From NCBI GenBank assembly GCA_963803435.1, contig CAWDML010000007.1, forward strand, positions 256,001 through 320,000: 64,000 bases of DNA, written 5' to 3'. The notes beneath the pieces are model-generated. The model did no database searches, was not told where the DNA came from, and worked only from the letters and a program-made list of their open reading frames with translations. Made by a program: the position numbers and the translations under genes. Source of the DNA: an uncultured delta proteobacterium. GTDB lineage: Bacteria > Myxococcota > Kuafuiibacteriia > Kuafuiibacteriales > Kuafuiibacteriaceae. Of this stretch, positions 62,722-64,000 are shown piece by piece; the stretch's first letter is position 1, and each line of letters opens with the position of its first letter.

Positions 62722-63781
62722 CAGCCAACGCCTCGCGATAGACCCCGAGATAGGCGCTCACCATCTGCTCGATCGAGAAGCGCCGAGCACGGTCGAGCGC
62801 CCGCCCCGACATGCTCCTGCGAAGGCCCGCCTGCTCCACCAGCGCGTTGGCCTTTGCGATCAGGTCCTCGGGCGAATCGGGAGAGAAGTAGAGCGCGGCG
62901 CCCTGCCAGACCTCGCGAAGTGAGGGGAGATCGGCGAGCAGGAGCGCGCAGCCCGAGAGCGCCGCTTCCAGCACAGTCATGCCGAACGGCTCGTACTTGG
63001 CGGGGTGGACGAAGATCGCCGCGCTCCGGGTCCAACGGAGCAGGTGGGATCGCTCGAGGACGCCCAGCCAGGCGATCTTGGAGCCGGCGCTCGGGGGGAC
63101 CTCATGATCGCCGGCGATCCGCAGCGGCCAGCCGAGCTCGCCCGCCGCCCTCTCCAGCAGCCGCGCATTCTTCGCCTCGTCCCAGCGCCGCGCGGCCGCC
63201 AGGAAGAACGGCAGCTTCGGCTCCGCAAGCGGGCCGTCGGAGTCGAGCCCGTGCGGCACCGCGTACACGGTCGGATGATCGCCGTGCTCCACCTCGAGCA
63301 TGTCGTACGCGGCGATCGTCGGCGCGACCACCACGGCGGCAGCGTCCAGCCCAACGCGGACGATCTCGCGATAGCGGTCGTAGAGGGCCGGAGGGCGGGC
63401 GCGGTAGACGGCGCGCCACCAGGAGCAGGCACACGCATGCGCCGTGATTACGACGGGTGCGCGGAACGGGAGCACGGCGTGCCCGAACGAGCTCAGGTGA
63501 ACGACGTCCGGGTCATGGCGGCGGTCGAGATCGAGCAGCCAGTCGCCGGCCGCGGTCATGTCGGCCCACGGCCAGTCCATCCACTCGAGGGCGAAGTCGG
63601 ACTGCTCGAGCACCAGCCCGGGGATCGCGAGCGCCTCCTTCCGCTGAGCGGGTGTTGGGCGCGGTCCCGTCGTCGCCAGGACCACGCCCACCCCGCGCTC
63701 GGCGAGGCCGCGCGCCAGCGCGATCGAGAAGGTCCAAACACCCCCGATCGCGTCGGCGGTCATCAGGACGACAGCGCTCAC
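62675..63781 (-). CDS. Glycosyltransferase family 4 protein
   Basis: MTADAIGGVWT, LEWM..PW, WDEAKN, YEPFGMTVLEAA. Confidence 0.92.
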   Translation of the reverse strand: MSAVVLMTADAIGGVWTFSIALARGLAERGVGVVLATTGPRPTPAQRKEALAIPGLVLEQSDFALEWMDWPWADMTAAGDWLLDLDRRHDPDVVHLSSFGHAVLPFRAPVVITAHACACSWWRAVYRARPPALYDRYREIVRVGLDAAAVVVAPTIAAYDMLEVEHGDHPTVYAVPHGLDSDGPLAEPKLPFFLAAARRWDEAKNARLLERAAGELGWPLRIAGDHEVPPSAGSKIAWLGVLERSHLLRWTRSAAIFVHPAKYEPFGMTVLEAALSGCALLLADLPSLREVWQGAALYFSPDSPEDLIAKANALVEQAGLRRSMSGRALDRARRFSIEQMVSAYLGVYREALAVSEPSYRPRAPSPTA

Positions 63782-64000
63782 ACGTTGGCGGGCGCCCTGC
63801 TGATCGCTCCCAGCGCCGACTTCTCGTCCCTCTCCACCGCCAGATCCCCCAGCGAGACGACGCCGACCACCTTCTCCCCCTCGCAGACCGGAAGCCGACG
63901 AATCGCGTGCTCGCGCATCATCTGAACGGCCTCGTCGATCGGATCGTTCGGGTTGATGCAGACGATCCGTTCGCTGCAGATGTCGCCCAGACTCTTTCCT
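63778..64000 (-). CDS. CBS domain protein (5'-truncated by the window edge)
   Basis: Minus-strand frame reads DICSERIVCINPNDPIDEAVQMMREHAIRRLPV..VVGVVSLGDLA; stop overlaps the GT4 GTG. Confidence 0.85.
   Translation of the reverse strand, partial: GKSLGDICSERIVCINPNDPIDEAVQMMREHAIRRLPVCEGEKVVGVVSLGDLAVERDEKSALGAISRAPANV

Noticed and set aside
1-64000. Abundant CGATCG/GCGATCGC/CTCGAG palindromes (HIP1-like)
   Set aside because: Can arise from codon pairs (GCG ATC G.., CTC GAG) in high-GC genes; enrichment cannot be shown without a codon-aware count.
1-64000. CRISPR arrays, rRNA/tRNA, transposases, integrases, prophage
   Set aside because: None seen; the holin-like gene at 34957 is a common stress-island membrane protein with no phage context.

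Overview
High-GC (~70% by eye) bacterial window whose gene content suggests Myxococcota (FHA-domain sigma54 activator, DUF1592/DUF1552 pair, Cys-rich lipoproteins, soluble Ser/Thr kinases). About 64 CDS; no rRNA, tRNA, CRISPR array or transposase was seen. From ~9.6 kb to the end it is a large general-stress, osmotic and desiccation island: otsA, otsB, treZ, treY, two tandem Ku genes, a ferritin-like protein, DUF1328, DUF4142, DUF883-like proteins, USP, YihY, AI-2E, HtpX, TamA/TamB, MlaEFD, ClC, a PoxB-like TPP enzyme, GT4 and CBS. Main hidden structure: I found 35 sigma54-type -24/-12 elements (GG-N9-TGC), in front of most transcription units. 18 of them sit 13-15 nt before an in-frame start codon, which implies a sigma54-driven and largely leaderless stress regulon. 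The island also carries several intact ORFs that keep an enzyme fold but lost catalytic or metal ligands (M48 peptidase, Cu/Zn-SOD, hemerythrin, receiver), and a FYVE-like zinc finger leading the Ku-Ku operon. A 29-bp direct repeat flanks a GH13 gene. Five frameshifts all share the same GATC->GATTC +1 context, probably a methylation-linked sequencing error, which creates false TreZ-TreY and MlaF-MlaD fusions. All family calls are from motif recognition by eye, not database searches.
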